DNA of 64,000 bases, from assembly GCF_009914755.1 (NCBI RefSeq), contig NC_060932.1, one strand, 5' to 3'. The notes under the pieces are model-generated. The model saw nothing but the letters and a program-made list of their open reading frames with translations. It made no database searches and had not been told where the DNA came from. Positions 14,553-28,453 of the stretch are shown here, piece after piece. Position 1 is the first letter of the stretch. The number at the start of each line of letters is the position of its first letter. The translations under genes were made by a program, and so were the position numbers. Source of the DNA: the human T2T-CHM13v2.0 reference genome, Homo sapiens.

Positions 14553-14927
14553 TGTATTAGTTCCATTCTCACACGGCTATGAAGAAATACCCAAGACTGG
14601 GTAATTTATAAAGGAAAGAGGTTTAATTGACTCGTAGTTCCACTGGGCTGAGGAGGCCTCAGGAAACTTACAATCATGGTGGAAGGGGAAGCAAACACAT
14701 CCTTCTTCACATGGTGACAGCAAGGAGAAGTGCAGAGTGAAGTGGAGAAAAAACCCTTATAGAAGTATCATATCTCATGAGAACTCCCTCACTATCACAA
14801 GAACAGCATAGAGGTAACTATCTCCATGACTCAATTACCTCCCACTGGGTCCCTCCCACAACACTTGGGATTGTGGGAACTAAAATTCAAGATGAGATTT
14901 GGGTGGGGACACAGCCAAACCATAGCA
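14553..14927 (-). mobile_element. THE1D/MSTA-type MaLR solo LTR
   Basis: 'tgtattagttccattctcacac...gagatttgggtggggacacagccaaaccatagca'; TSD ggtaa/ggtac. Confidence 0.9.
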
Positions 14928-14972
14928 GGTACTAAACTGAGGCTTAATAAAGTTCTCTTAATGGAAAAATAT

Positions 14973-15393
14973 TGTGATAGGTTGAATTATGTCCCTTCAA
15001 AATTTACATGTTTAAGTCCTAACCCCTAGTACTTGAATGTTTCTTGAAGATATGTCATTGCAAATATAATGAGTAAAATTGAGTTCATACTTGATTAGGG
15101 TAGGCCCTTTATCCAATATGATTGGTACCCTTATAAAAATGAGAAATCTGGACACAGGCAGGCATGCATGAATAGAAGACGATGTGAACAGACACAGGGA
15201 GAAAATGGCCATCTATAAGCCAAGGAATACGACCTGGAACAAATCTTTCCCTCACAATCCTCAGAAGGAACCAACCCTGCTGGCACCTTGATTTTGAACT
15301 TCTGGCCTCCAGAACTGTGAGACAATAAATTTCTATTGTTTAAGCCTCCCAGTTTGTGGTTGTTTGCTCTGGCAGTCATAGCAAACTAATACA
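14973..15393 (+). mobile_element. MLT1B-type MaLR solo LTR
   Basis: 'tgtgataggttgaattatgtccc...gaaggaaccaaccctgctggcacc...gcaaactaataca'; TSD aatat/aatgt. Confidence 0.88.
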
Positions 15394-15429
15394 AATGTCA
15401 AGGAATTACGATGCTAGGCTTCGGATGGT

Positions 15430-15875
15430 TGATCCACGTGGCTGCCGCTAGTTGCTACTGTTGGTGCCTTGCACTTATACCCTTGGATGCCTTTTACCAT
15501 TTCTATGAGCCTCTCCCCACTTCATTGTGCTTTATCTTCTTTCTAGATGACAGCCCTCCAGAAAGGAGCAACTTTTCTCTTACTTGCAGACAGTCCTTTG
15601 AAGTTTACAACCTCCCTTCCAGTGCCCAGTGGCCTTTGACTGATGACTGAAGGGTACAGGAGTAGGAATTGCCCACTCTCTGTTCTCTGAGGTGGAACCT
15701 ACCCTCAAGAGATCTCTTGCACTATAAAGATGAAGCTCCCTTTCTCAGGACATCATCTGAGATCTCCCTCTTGCCCTACGTCTTCCATTCCTTTACCAGA
15801 TTCTCCCAGGAGCTGTGCCTTTGTAAGTCACTTGCACCTGAATTCTAATCTTAGATTTGCTTCTGGGAGACCCTT
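15430..15875 (+). mobile_element. ERVL LTR (LTR16-like), diverged
   Basis: 3' end 'cacttgcacctgaattctaatcttagatttgcttctgggagaccc' typical of the LTR16/LTR33 group. Confidence 0.55.
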
Positions 15876-16183
15876 ATTGCGGGTGCTGACTCTCCCATCA
15901 GCACCTACAATGGCTAAAGTTGGAGTAGATAGTGAGTCGACAATTCCTCCTTCAAAATAGGAAGTGAGGTTGGTAAATGCCAGCCAAGGGTATGGCTGAA
16001 AGGCAATATAGCCTACATGGTACATCCCTTAGAAAACAAAGAGACTTTGCACAAGAATGGAAGAATAACATGTGAAGGTGGCAAAGGGAAGCTAGGAGAA
16101 TGCCAACATAACATCTGTGTCCTTGATACACAAGGAGCTGTTTATATTATGAATAATGTGAGCATAGTTATAAGCATGATGCA

Positions 16184-16248
16184 ACATAATTCCCAGCAGG
16201 TAAGTTTAATAGTTCACACATAAATCTCAGCAGGTAAGTTTAATACTT
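16184..16248 (+). repeat. Two-copy tandem duplication, 34-bp period
   Basis: acataattcccagcaggtaagtttaatagtt vs acataaatctcagcaggtaagtttaatactt. Confidence 0.9.
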
Positions 16249-19200
16249 AGCATGGGCTTTTACATCTTCTTCTTATGCTCCAGAAGCATTAAGGCAAACT
16301 GTGGAACTTGTAGCAAGGAAGTGACTTTTTCACCTGTGGAATTTGGCTCAGTGTTCATTAAATGCTTTGGAATTTAAAGTGATTTTTTTTCTTTCTTTAA
16401 AATGTCTAAATGCTGTGTTGATAAATGTCACATAGAATAACGAATGTGATGGAATGTGCTGAGGATAATGGGAGTTACTTTCTAGTTCACCTGAACCATG
16501 ACTTGTCTACATTTAGTAAGAATAATGAATGTAATTTAATACAGCACCTTTGCATGGAAGTGACTCAAAACACCTTTCAAAGTGAATATTAAAATGCTGA
16601 ATTATGCAATAAAGACATAGATTTAAGTAGATAATAATGGATCACATACTTACAAAAGCACACAGTGCGGCAGAGGGTACATTTTTAAAATATGCATTAT
16701 ATTGTTATTAGGTAGAAGGATGAACACAGAAAGTGAAGTCGACATGGAATAAGAAAAACAAAGGTCAGATAGAGATTAAATAGGGTCTTTAATGAATAGA
16801 GCCAGCACAGGATACTCCAAAGAGCATGACAGCCAGAGTCAGACAGAACAAGGTTTTATCTACCATTGATGGTACAGGTGACCTTGAACAAGTTGGTCAA
16901 ACTGCTTAAGCTTTGATTTATCTAGTTATGTAAAATGAGCTAATATTTTCTGCTTAATAGGGTTTTCATGAGGAATTAATGAGATAATATATATTTCAGC
17001 AGGTGCTCAATAAAAGATGGCTTTTATTATCCTTATTATCGACAATATATAATAACCACAGCTACCTTGCACTCACTTATAAGGGCCTGTTCCCCACTTT
17101 AATATGTATCAGTGACATGTCACTCTATCAATCCATCACCACCCTATCTTTCTCTATACCATGAATTATAGTCATAAATCACATGCCGAGCTTGAAGAAA
17201 AAACAACAGAATTCATCTAGTCCAACCACCTTATTTTTATAAACAAGTAGATTGAAACCCAATGAGGTGAAGTGATGTGTACACCATCACACACAAGTGT
17301 AGCTACTGTTTTGTTCCAGGGGCTCTGCCCACCATTCTACATGAATTACTATTTTGATTCTTATAATAATTTTATGAGAGAGATATTCTTATTTATCCCT
17401 GAGTAAACTGGGGCACTAAGAGAGGAAGTGGTTCTCCTAAAGTCACACGGTTCTCAGGTGGCACAGCTGCATCTCAACATCCGGGTTCAGCTGATCCTCT
17501 GCAGGTGTCTTCAGAGTCCCTTACTCACCTCTCCTTACCTCTTGATTCCACAGGGTGAGAAAGGAGTTCAGCCTTTACTCTCTGGTACTTTTGCTATTGG
17601 ATTGCTTGTTATGATGGCCAAATCTCCTTTTCTGGGGACTTCCTGTGTCCTTGTGGAGGGGAGAAAGTTGGGGGGATGCTGCAAACAGCATTGTTTCTTT
17701 TTTTGCTGTACGTACAGATATCTACCTTGGTTCTTTCCCAAACTCCTTTGCTCTCCTTCAACTCTGAGCCAAGGATTTAAATTATCAAATCCAGCTTTTA
17801 ATCTGTGTCTTTAGGGAAGTCTTAAAGGCATTCTAAGACTCAGCTTCTTCACATGAAAAATGGGGTTGTAATAATGCCAGTTTCATGCAGCTTTCATAAG
17901 GATCAAACGGTACACGGGAAAATGCTTTGAAAACTGAAAAGTGCTGCACATATTCATGTATTGGTATGTCACGCCAAAGGTGAGGCTTATAATAAGTGTT
18001 AAGATAATCCATATTTTATGAATGAGATGTGTTCAGTAGTCTACTGGCCATAGGGCACTAATTCACAAAACTGATAATCTGTTGAATACTTGAGTATTAT
18101 TATGGCTATGTCAATTTTTGAAAACAGGGCAAAGGTAAAATATTTGTTTGAAATGATGGCTAAGGAAATGATGGTTAAAGAAAACAGAACTTTCACATCT
18201 GGCACGATAGCCTTTCTAAGCCAGGAAAATCCTTGGCAACAGCCTCTTCCAATAAATCAGCATGTCAGAAGAAACAATGACCCTTCCCTCTAGGAGAGGA
18301 ACAAAACCACTCAACTTTCCAATGTAGAATTGGAACAGAAGTCTCCAAAACAACTTCGATACATCTTATTCCCTTCCCATTCACTGAAGGCAAGTACAAG
18401 GGGTGATGGAATTCCTTCAACTCAGTCTGTCAAGAGGCTCACCAATCCAGAACGACCCTCAGAAACCAAGATAAGAGAGTGAATTAATTGTCCATTGTAA
18501 ATGTCGATATCCTTCGGCCAAGCTACCAACCGTTATTTTCTAATGTGAGTAGTACTAAGAATTTTTATTTGAACAGGAACCTAGAAAACAAATAACAAAC
18601 ATAATAGATCATCTCAGCTTCCTGACAACCATCAGTGTGGGCTAATTTGTTACTGGAAATCTAAGGGAAACTAGATTAACTGTGGGATGTTGTTTTCAAT
18701 TTTACAGATCTCAGAGATGAAAGGCAACCTGTATGTCATCTTACCATACTGCCTTCTTTAACCCAGGAGGAAATATGGACCTAAGAGATGAGGCACCTTG
18801 GTCCCAGGGCATCCGTTGAAAATTTTTATGTGCTTTTTTCGTAATACAACATGGCCTCTCTAATTATTAACTCTGGACAAGCATTCTATTATCCAATTGA
18901 TTTATTGAGTGCTTACTATGTGCTTAGCTATGTTTTTGGGACAAATTCTGGGAAAAAAATGAATTATGTAGGCAATAAAGAACTGTTTATTGACACATAC
19001 TACCTCTTTTAATCCTCATAATGGCACTGTGAGTCTGAGGTCATTATCCCTATTACAAATGAGGAAAGCAAAACTTGCGTATAGTCTTATGGGCTGATTG
19101 ATGGCGGAGCTGTGATTCCAATTCTAGCTGTCTGATGCACATTTAGGATTATCACCCTATACCATGTTGTCTTTCTCAACCCAGATTTTTTTCCTCCCTC

Positions 19201-19584
19201 TTCAACTCTTGCACCACCTTCCACACTTAATTCCACAGGCCTTGTTCTCATCTGGCTCTCAGAGATGTACAACGACCTGGTAGCCTGCAAAGCCCCCAAC
19301 CTCGAGAATCTAATATGCTAGGGCTCCACAGACTGAAGACCATAAACAAATATATATCTGATATTTATCCATTTGATATTAGCACTAAGAAGGAAAATTA
19401 AGCCAAGTAAAGGAGAACAGACTGACTAGAAGAGCTAGTTTGGATAGGGTTGCCAGGGAAAGCCCTTCTGAGGGGTGACGTTTGATCAGAGGCTGAAGTC
19501 CAGGGATAGAGGTGGGAAGTGGCAAAGGCCCCAGCGGTTGTCTTAGATAATACAAACACAAAGTGAGATGCAGGGAAGGGGTCA

Positions 19585-19810
19585 GCACTGTGTGGCAGAT
19601 AAGGGCACCTGCTCTGACATCAATGCCCCTGGGACTAAATATCTACCAGGCTCTTTAGTGGCTGTCTGACGAAGAAGGTTACCCAAATTCCCTGGATCTC
19701 AGTTCACTCATCTCTGAAACGGGGCTAAAAATAGTACTCACGTCTAGGGTCATGTGACGATTAACGGCAAACAGTGTGTAGCACACAACAAATAACAAAT
19801 ATCAGCTGGG
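19585..19810 (+). mobile_element. MIR SINE
   Basis: 'ctcagttcactcatctctgaaacggggctaaaaatagtac' MIR core. Confidence 0.6.
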
Positions 19811-22800
19811 TTTTTTCCCCTCTCCTTCATCATTAAATGCTATAGCTTTCATTCTTTTAACTTAATATAATTGCCCTAGATTCTTTCTATACTTAAAAAA
19901 ATGGAAGTGGAATATTTTCATATTTTTAAAAAATAAAATATGAGGAAATCTGATATGATAAAATCAATAAATGAGAAGCCATTCTGGTTTACTCAGTGGA
20001 GTAGCAGGCAGGTTTGCTCTCTGCTCAGCTCCACCCACAGCCCCACAGTGATTCTGAAGAGGCCCTGCGCTTCAGAGAGCACAGCTAATACTATTCCTAT
20101 TAGGCAGAGCTCCTAACATAATGACTGGTATGAAATAGGGGCCGAACATTTCATTGTTGAAAGAACGTTGAAAATTACAAAGTAGAACCTCTTTCTTTTT
20201 TTTTTTTTACATTTTTTTGAGAAAAGAGATTACTAGGCCACACCACACAGAGCGATCCTTCTTGAGGTGAATGTCGGGGGTTGTTTATGAAGCTCAGGCT
20301 TAGTCACAAGTTCAGAACATTTTGTGGGTTTTACTGGAACTCAATATCATTGCTCATCCCAACTCAGATCACCCTGGCAAAGGCTACTAGTGACCCCTGG
20401 ATTCCCAGGTTCCACAAGAGAATTGGGAGTCCTGCTCTTTTTCAGCCTTAAGGAAGTCCCCTGGGGTTTCTGCATCTCCAAGAGCCAGAGCTGCAGAGCT
20501 GAAAGGGTCAGATACGTGTGGCAGCCTGTGTCTAATACCCTCTATGGATACCTTTCCACATTTTGGAGTCTAGAGAGCCTTCTACTTTGAATTTCTGGAA
20601 ATATATCCATCACCTGGAGGTCAACAAGTTATGTTTTTGTTCCTTTCGTGTGTCTTACTTGTATGCTGCTGTGAATTCGGGTGTGGTTAGCCCAAATATG
20701 GGTCTGTTGTTGAGGGTTTGTTGGTCTCTTGTCTGTTTACTTCAATTCACCTCACCGCAGCACTTACCAAAACCCTATTTCCTCAGAGTCCTGAACCTCA
20801 CCCTGTTCAGGGAAAGACACTTATATTTGTTGCATACTCTACTATGTGTTAGCCAGAGGATAGGCACTTTCACCTATAGAAACTTGTTTAATCCTCTCAA
20901 CAGTCCTAAATGACACCCAAAGACATTAAATAAGTCATCCAAGGTCACAGTGAATAAGTAGAGCAATGTCAATTCAAACCAAAATTAGGCTCAAAATTCT
21001 CCTTTTTTTCCAACTGCAATGTGCTCTAGTGAGGACGTCCACCTAATTAAAAATATATATTTGATGTGCAGTTTAACCTAACATAAAATAATCACATTTT
21101 AATACTTGAGGTTTACTTACCCAAGTGATTTTTTTAGACAGTATAATTTCAAGTTGTGTATATGTGAATGTTTGAGTGAATGTGCAGGAATGTGTGTCTA
21201 TCAGTGTGTAGGGCAGAGAAAAAAACAAAGAAAACAAGTAGGAAATAAGGGTGACATGCTTAGGCAAGTATGTTCTTCTTTCTCTGGCCCTCAGTTTCTA
21301 CAAGTGTAAAATGAAAGTTTTGGATACAGCATTTCCAATGTTCTCTATGTGAAGGCAGTGACTCTGTTTCCTCTTCCCATCATTCACTTATGTTTAAAGG
21401 TCTTTGTTTCTCTTGGAGCCAACTCAAATCTGCAAGAAAATCAGGTGGGTCACTTATAATATAGACGTGGCTTCCAGGTGCATACTCTATTAGGGAAGCC
21501 TGTGGCTTGAAACAAAGTTATTTTGTGGTGAGCATGTCTTCCTAGGATGTATTGCTTGAGTGGTGACTGGGGTTGGGAGAACTATGTATTCTCTGTTGTT
21601 AGCTCCTCCTACTCTAATGATACAGGCTTAGAGGTGAGTGACATGGGGTGCCTGGATGGATAAGAAATAACAGTGGTCAGTGAGTGAAACCAAATTCCTA
21701 GTGACTCAAGGGTGGAGTTTTGGAAGAGGCAGTGGCCAGGGCCAGTGTGGACCCCTGGCTGAGAACTTAGGCACTGTGCGTTAAGCATGCTGGAGTTTTC
21801 CAGGAGGCTATGCTTACAAGTGTGGGCAGACATTAGTGATGGGACAGGAATGGAAATGGGAAGGTGGTCCCAACAAATCCAAAAAGCAAAGGTCTAAGAA
21901 GCAGGTCTAGAGATTAGGCACAGATATCTTCTTTATGAAGACTTAGTACCCATATGTCTCTGTCATAAGCAATGCAGCACACTGTGGTTTATAACTCATA
22001 CCAAGACAAATTTGGCCAACACACGCTTATTTCTAACCTAGCGGTTTGGGAAATCTGTTTTATAGAAACATGATTCAGAGTTGAAAGGCACTTTAGAAAC
22101 TACCTCATCTAATTTCCTTTACAATGCAAGAACCACTTGTACAAAACCTCAAGAAATGGTGAATATTTTCACTACTTTTCAGGCTTTTCTAGTCCTTTGG
22201 AGGACAGTGGTAAGGACACAGTAGCATAAGGCAGATGAGCTTGGGATGCCAACTATGGCACTTACTAGTTGCATGGCTTTCAGCAAAAAACAATTCTTTG
22301 TGAACCTTAGTTTCTTTGAAAGAAATTGGAATTATTTGTACTTTAGAAGTGCTGGATTAAATAAGATGTTTATAAAGGGTTTAGCACATGCCTGGCTTAA
22401 AGAAAGTGGTCAATAAATGCTAACTTTTAATATGCTTATGTATTAATATATCTTATTTTAATCCTGTGAGTATCCTCCGAAGTAGTTATTATCACTCTTA
22501 TTTTATGCATGAGCAGATTGAGCCTAGAAGAATTGGAACTAAGTTGACGATGGTAACAAAACTAATAAGTAGAAGTGGGGTCAATAAACCTATGCTTATC
22601 TAGCTACAATGCTGAATTGTCTTCAATTAAATCACAGTAACTTCCACACTGGGAAAAACTTGGTTTTCCAGCAACTGGAAAGCAGCATAATATAGTTCTT
22701 ACATATATGAGACAATATTGTCTTTGCAGTATTGTGAAAATTAAGTGACATAGTAAAAATAAAACACTTTGCATACTGGGCATATAATATTCACTTTGTA

Positions 22801-22871
22801 TTACATTTTCTCTAGTATTTCCATTGCTGGCACAGAGCCTAGTACAGAGATAGTGTTCAGTAAATGCTTGT

Positions 22872-23024
22872 TAAATAATTGATGGCATATGTTTTGCATT
22901 TGGGGAGCATCACAGAAAATGTCTACTTCCACCTTACGGTTGTGAGTGAATGTTTGTCCTGTCTCTTTCCAATCTGTTCTCAAGGCTACATGTCACCAGT
23001 TTCCTCACCTTCCTCCCAGCTGTT
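22872..23024 (+). repeat. 153-bp dispersed direct duplication, donor copy
   Basis: Ungapped match to 24869-25021 with about 11 mismatches by eye. Confidence 0.95.
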
Positions 23025-24181
23025 TTTCATGTCTTTAGACAGAGGTCACATGGAGTGGCTGCCGGGGTCATTGTGGGAAAAACCCAAAGGAGAAAGTCAC
23101 AGGCCTGTTCCAAGTCCTGACTCCTCCCACCCCCTGGTCACCAAACCTCATTTTCATTTCCCAAATGAGGCACACTTTATAAGATACTACTCTGATTTTC
23201 CCCTCTCTTTTAAGAAGAGACAACTTTAAAGATTTAAACCGAAAGATTTAACCTGGGTGAGGCCACGGCGTGGAAACATTTGATGAGCAGGTAACACCTA
23301 GAATGCAACCTAAGCACCGTGCATATGCAATGGGAAGTGGGTTTTCAGATCTCCTCAGAAGAGCTGCCTCCTTCAAAGTCTTTGGTCTTAATAAGATATT
23401 AACCTGCTTTTACTCTTCAGCTTCATTTCTCTAGCCTGAGACCTGTTAACCCAAATTACTCTTTTTCTTCCAATAAAAGAAAAAGTTGACATTGTGATTA
23501 CATATCAGTAGCATGACAAATTACATCAGGGGTAACAATATTCCCAAAGGAGAGTGGGAGGTTATTATTTCTGTAATTCTAGCACACTTGCAAGAAGTGC
23601 AAGACAAGCAAGAAAGTATCAAAGAGTAGTCGCTCAATAACTGGGTGGAGGGAAGCCAGGGAATGCTACCTGGATCCCAAGGCCAGGCAACTTGTCCTCG
23701 GTGCTTTCTAGGGCTTGGATACCAGTGGAGGCTGACATGCCTTTGGTTGTAGAATGAAATCACACTTCTCCATATTGAGAAAAAATCTGCTTTGCAGAAT
23801 CTGGGATGCATAGCTCTCCGTGTGTGAATTGTTAAGACTCTTTTATTTATTCGTCTACCCATTTAACAAATTTCCTGATAATACAAATTAGCATTTATTG
23901 AAGATTTTTCTTTCCGTTTCTGTTTATTGTTTTGTTTTGCTACATATTAGACATTGTGCCAATTTTGTTCATGAATTTGTTGTTTCATTTGCGTAACACT
24001 TCTAAGAGGTAGGTATTAGTATCACCATTTTTAGATAAGAAAATTGGAATGCAGAATGTTTATTACTTAATAATACTCCTAATTGTGTGAGAGTAAGAAC
24101 TTAGCAATATTTGTGTTTGTTACCTAACTTTTAAAAAAGGTAACATTCAGGCCCATAAGGAACTCACAGTCTCCTGAGTGA

Positions 24182-24209
24182 TATAGATAAGTGGATGGAT
24201 AGATGATAA

Positions 24210-24251
<42 letters not shown>
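24182..24251. repeat. (TAGA)n tetranucleotide STR, 10 perfect units at 24211-24250
   Basis: Directly visible. Confidence 0.95.
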
Positions 24252-24254
24252 GTA

Positions 24255-27000
24255 CCTTCAGATTTAACATTTAATAACATAAAAATGAAGTATAGCAGTA
24301 TAGCCTCACACAAAATTCATATAAATGTGGTTAAAATAAGCATTTTAAAAGAAACAAAGGCAAGCTCTAAAAAAAGATACATTTCAAAATACCCAAAATT
24401 GAGAAGAAATTTAAATTGGTCACAGTAGGAAGTATCTGAGTTGGCATTGTGGAAACTTGTTAATGAATACTAGGCACAGACATAGGCTTTCATGATTGAC
24501 AGCTGAGATTTAAATGTTTCTATGGGATCAAGAAGATGAAAGCTAGAGCCTGAGTACAGTGCAGAGGTGAAACATGTTCTTGCAGATACAAGATCTTATA
24601 AGGAGTTCCACTTACATTAGAAGGATACTGGAAAAACTCTAAACACTGATGTTCAGAAACAACAAAAGATTTTTCTCTCCCCAGGTCCTTGGATGGAAAA
24701 GAAATGTCTCTCAAGAGAAATCAAAACACAAGGCTATACCACTTGAGTTTAAGGGCCTAAATTTACAGTTCCCATAGGTATAGAAATTCTAAACAGAATT
24801 ACTGATATAAAAACTAGTTTCGACCCATGAAACAACTGGGTATCACTATGTAAGAAAATATGAAATGCTAAATAATTGATGGCATATGTTTTGCATTTTG
24901 GGAGCATCACAGAAAATGTCTACTTCTATCATATGGTTATGAGTGAATGGTTATCATGTCTCTTTCCAAACTGTTCTCAAGGCTACATGTCACCAGTTCC
25001 CTCACCTTCCTCCCAGCTGTTCCTCTCAGCCTGTGTGATCCTAATGGTGAAAGAAACAATCTCCACTGAAGATGAGCTCACAATCACAAATTATAAACCA
25101 TTTAAGGAAATGATGCTCCATGAGGGCAAGCCAGCAGACACAACTCACTGGGGTGATAGTACATCAATAATTCAGTATACTAGAACAATCAGAGAGGGGC
25201 TATAAAGAGTATTTAAATATATTAAAGATAAACATAAATGGATTATAACTAAAAGGAAAAAAATGTACTGTGAGCAAAAACACAGATGCACATTATAAAG
25301 AGAAAATAAAAGAGAATTTCTAAAGATGAAAAATGTCTAGCTGTGGCAGCAGGGGGAAACTCAATGGAAGGGTTACACAACACATAGTTATAAAAGAATA
25401 AAGAATTAGTGAAAATAGATCTAAAGAGATTAAAAGAACTTGGCTCAGCAAAAATAAAGATAGAAAAGATAAAAGAAAAGCTAAGACATATGGAGAATAG
25501 AATAAGTTTGTTCAATATGTATTTAGCAGGTTATCAAAGAGAGAGAGAGAGTAGAGAGAGTGGGGGAAAAGTAGCATTTAAAAAAATTATGCCTTAGAAG
25601 TTCCTCAACTTGAAGATATATATGAGCCTTCAGAATAAAGAAACATACTGAATTCTGTGGAAGATAAAGCAAACACAAACCTCAGTTAGCTATACCATGG
25701 AGAAGTAAGAATGCTACACACAGAGAGATTATTGTAAAAGTAAGCATAGAGTAAAGAGAGCAACGATTAGACTGACAGTAGCAATGGACACTGGAAACCA
25801 GTGAAATAATGCTTGCAAAGTGCTTAAAAGATGAACAAGAAGAATTCAAGTAGCAATTATGTGCCAATAAATTGGGAAGTCTGTAGATAAATCTAAATAA
25901 GGCTTACTGTATAAAACAGCAAAATAATTACTAAAGTGTTGCAAAAAAAATGGAACTAGAATACTAATTACCAACACCATGAAAGATAAAAGTGGATGAT
26001 AGGTGTGAAAGTGTGGTAAAATGTTATTTTTTTGCCTTGGGGAATAGGTATATCCCCTGTGAACTTTGACATTGCTAAATCAAGATTAGGTGTGATGTTA
26101 AGAATAATTCTAAAGAACAGAATGTAGAAGTTATAGCTTTTAGATCATTAGAGCATGAGGAAAGGGGAAGAAATAAAGACAATCTGACCAATGTGAAAGA
26201 AGACAGGGAAGGAGGGAAAGAAAAGCACAAACAAAGAATGAAAGTTAGAAAGCACAAAATAATGTTAATAGATGTAGAACCCAGAATTAGACTCATTTAG
26301 AAGCAAAGACTTAGTACATTAAAAAAACATCAGGAATAAATAAAGCTGCCAATAAATAGGACTAGAAAAATTGACTATGCAAATTGTAGTAAATAAGTAA
26401 ATAAATAAGGTCCTTACTTCACATTATTCACAAAAATAAATTCCAGGTGAATGAAGAAACTAGAGGTGAATAATAAAACAACCTTAAAACTTTTAAACAA
26501 ATATATAGAAGGTTATTTTTACTGCCTTTGGCAAGAAAATAAGTTTTTAGATAGGGCACAAAAAGACGACATCATAAAGTAAAGGATTAATATCTTTGAA
26601 TACCTTGAAATTCAAAGCATCTGTATGACAAATGCACTAATATCAAAGCAGAAAGACACAGACCAATAAAAATTATTTGCAAAAAAAAAAAAAAAAAAAT
26701 AGAGAAAAAAACCAAGTGTGTAAAATAAATATGGTGGGGGAAAACCTAATTTTAGAATAGTCAAATTATTTAAACTGGCAATTTATGACAAAGGAGACAA
26801 AAATAGCCCACATACAGTAAGATTCCATTTCACATCTTTAAGAATTAGCATTAATAAGGTTCAAAAGATACCAAGTGTTAATGAGAATGTAAAGAAATGA
26901 CAACCTTCATTTGCTGTTGGTGGGGGTTAAGATTGAAACACAATTTTTATGGCAATTTTGCAATAAGTTTAAATATGAAGAAATGTGCATGATTCCTATA
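24255..27000 (+). mobile_element. Ancient, heavily fragmented L1M (L1ME/MC-like) LINE
   Basis: Strongly A-rich sense strand with L1-like pieces ('aaactcaatggaagggtt', 'cacaaaaataaattccaggtg', 'cttcatttgctgttggtggg'); no intact ORF. Confidence 0.65.
24869..25021 (+). repeat. 153-bp dispersed direct duplication, recipient copy inside the old L1
   Basis: Matches 22872-23024 at an offset of 1997 bp. Confidence 0.95.
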
Positions 27001-27787
27001 CACGACTCCTCTCTCAGGAAGACCATATAATTTAGGTAAGTTAACCTCATCCCTGGGTCTAGAGGTGAGGCATGTGGCTCAGTACTTACCTACTCAACAT
27101 ACATTCTTCTGTCTACCCGTACAGTAGCTACAGTACTTATGGGGGTGGGGAGTGCTAATTAGGCAAAAGCCAGGACTTTTATTTGATACACCCCTCCTTG
27201 CTGTTGGTGAACCAGGAAGCATGCATCCTTGGCAGCCAATAACAATAATTTCGAGACCAGTAGAGAAGGAGCTTGCCAAAATGGAGTAAATGCAGAACAA
27301 TTAGAGCTGAGAAATGGAGAGAAAGCTATTCTAGGTCCTACCTTGAGTTATAAGATGAAGCTTCTCCTAAAATCAATTATCCCTGGACTATGCAATCACA
27401 TGAATTAAACAAAAACAAAAACGAGCTTTGTCTTATGCTGCTGAAGTCATTTTAGGTTTTGTGTTGTATTGTGTTCTGTAGCTATACCCAGTAGCATCCT
27501 AAAATGAGTAGGATTGAACTGGCATAAGGGAAAGGAAAGATCACCTCAGGCAAGTAAGAAAGACAAATATCGTTTTATGGATATATTGTGCTTTGCTTTG
27601 AGTGTGTTCTCTCATTGTACCCTAGACTTCACAAGCATATTCTTTTTTACGCCTAATTATTACTGTTCCTTTCTTTTCGGGGTCATACACATCTTGCTTA
27701 CCATTGTATCTACAGAGCCCAGCCCAGTGCCAGGAACATCATAGGTACTGGATAAATATTTGCTGGATCGATGTTAAGTGAAAATAA

Positions 27788-28453
<666 letters not shown>

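Noticed and set aside
22879-25205. Two ORFs with near-identical N-termini suggesting paralogous small proteins
   Set aside because: Similarity ends exactly at the 153-bp DNA duplication boundary, both starts are TTG rather than ATG, and many substitutions change amino acids.
25409-25597. Coiled-coil-like ORF
   Set aside because: Degenerate L1 ORF1-region remnant, short and surrounded by stops.
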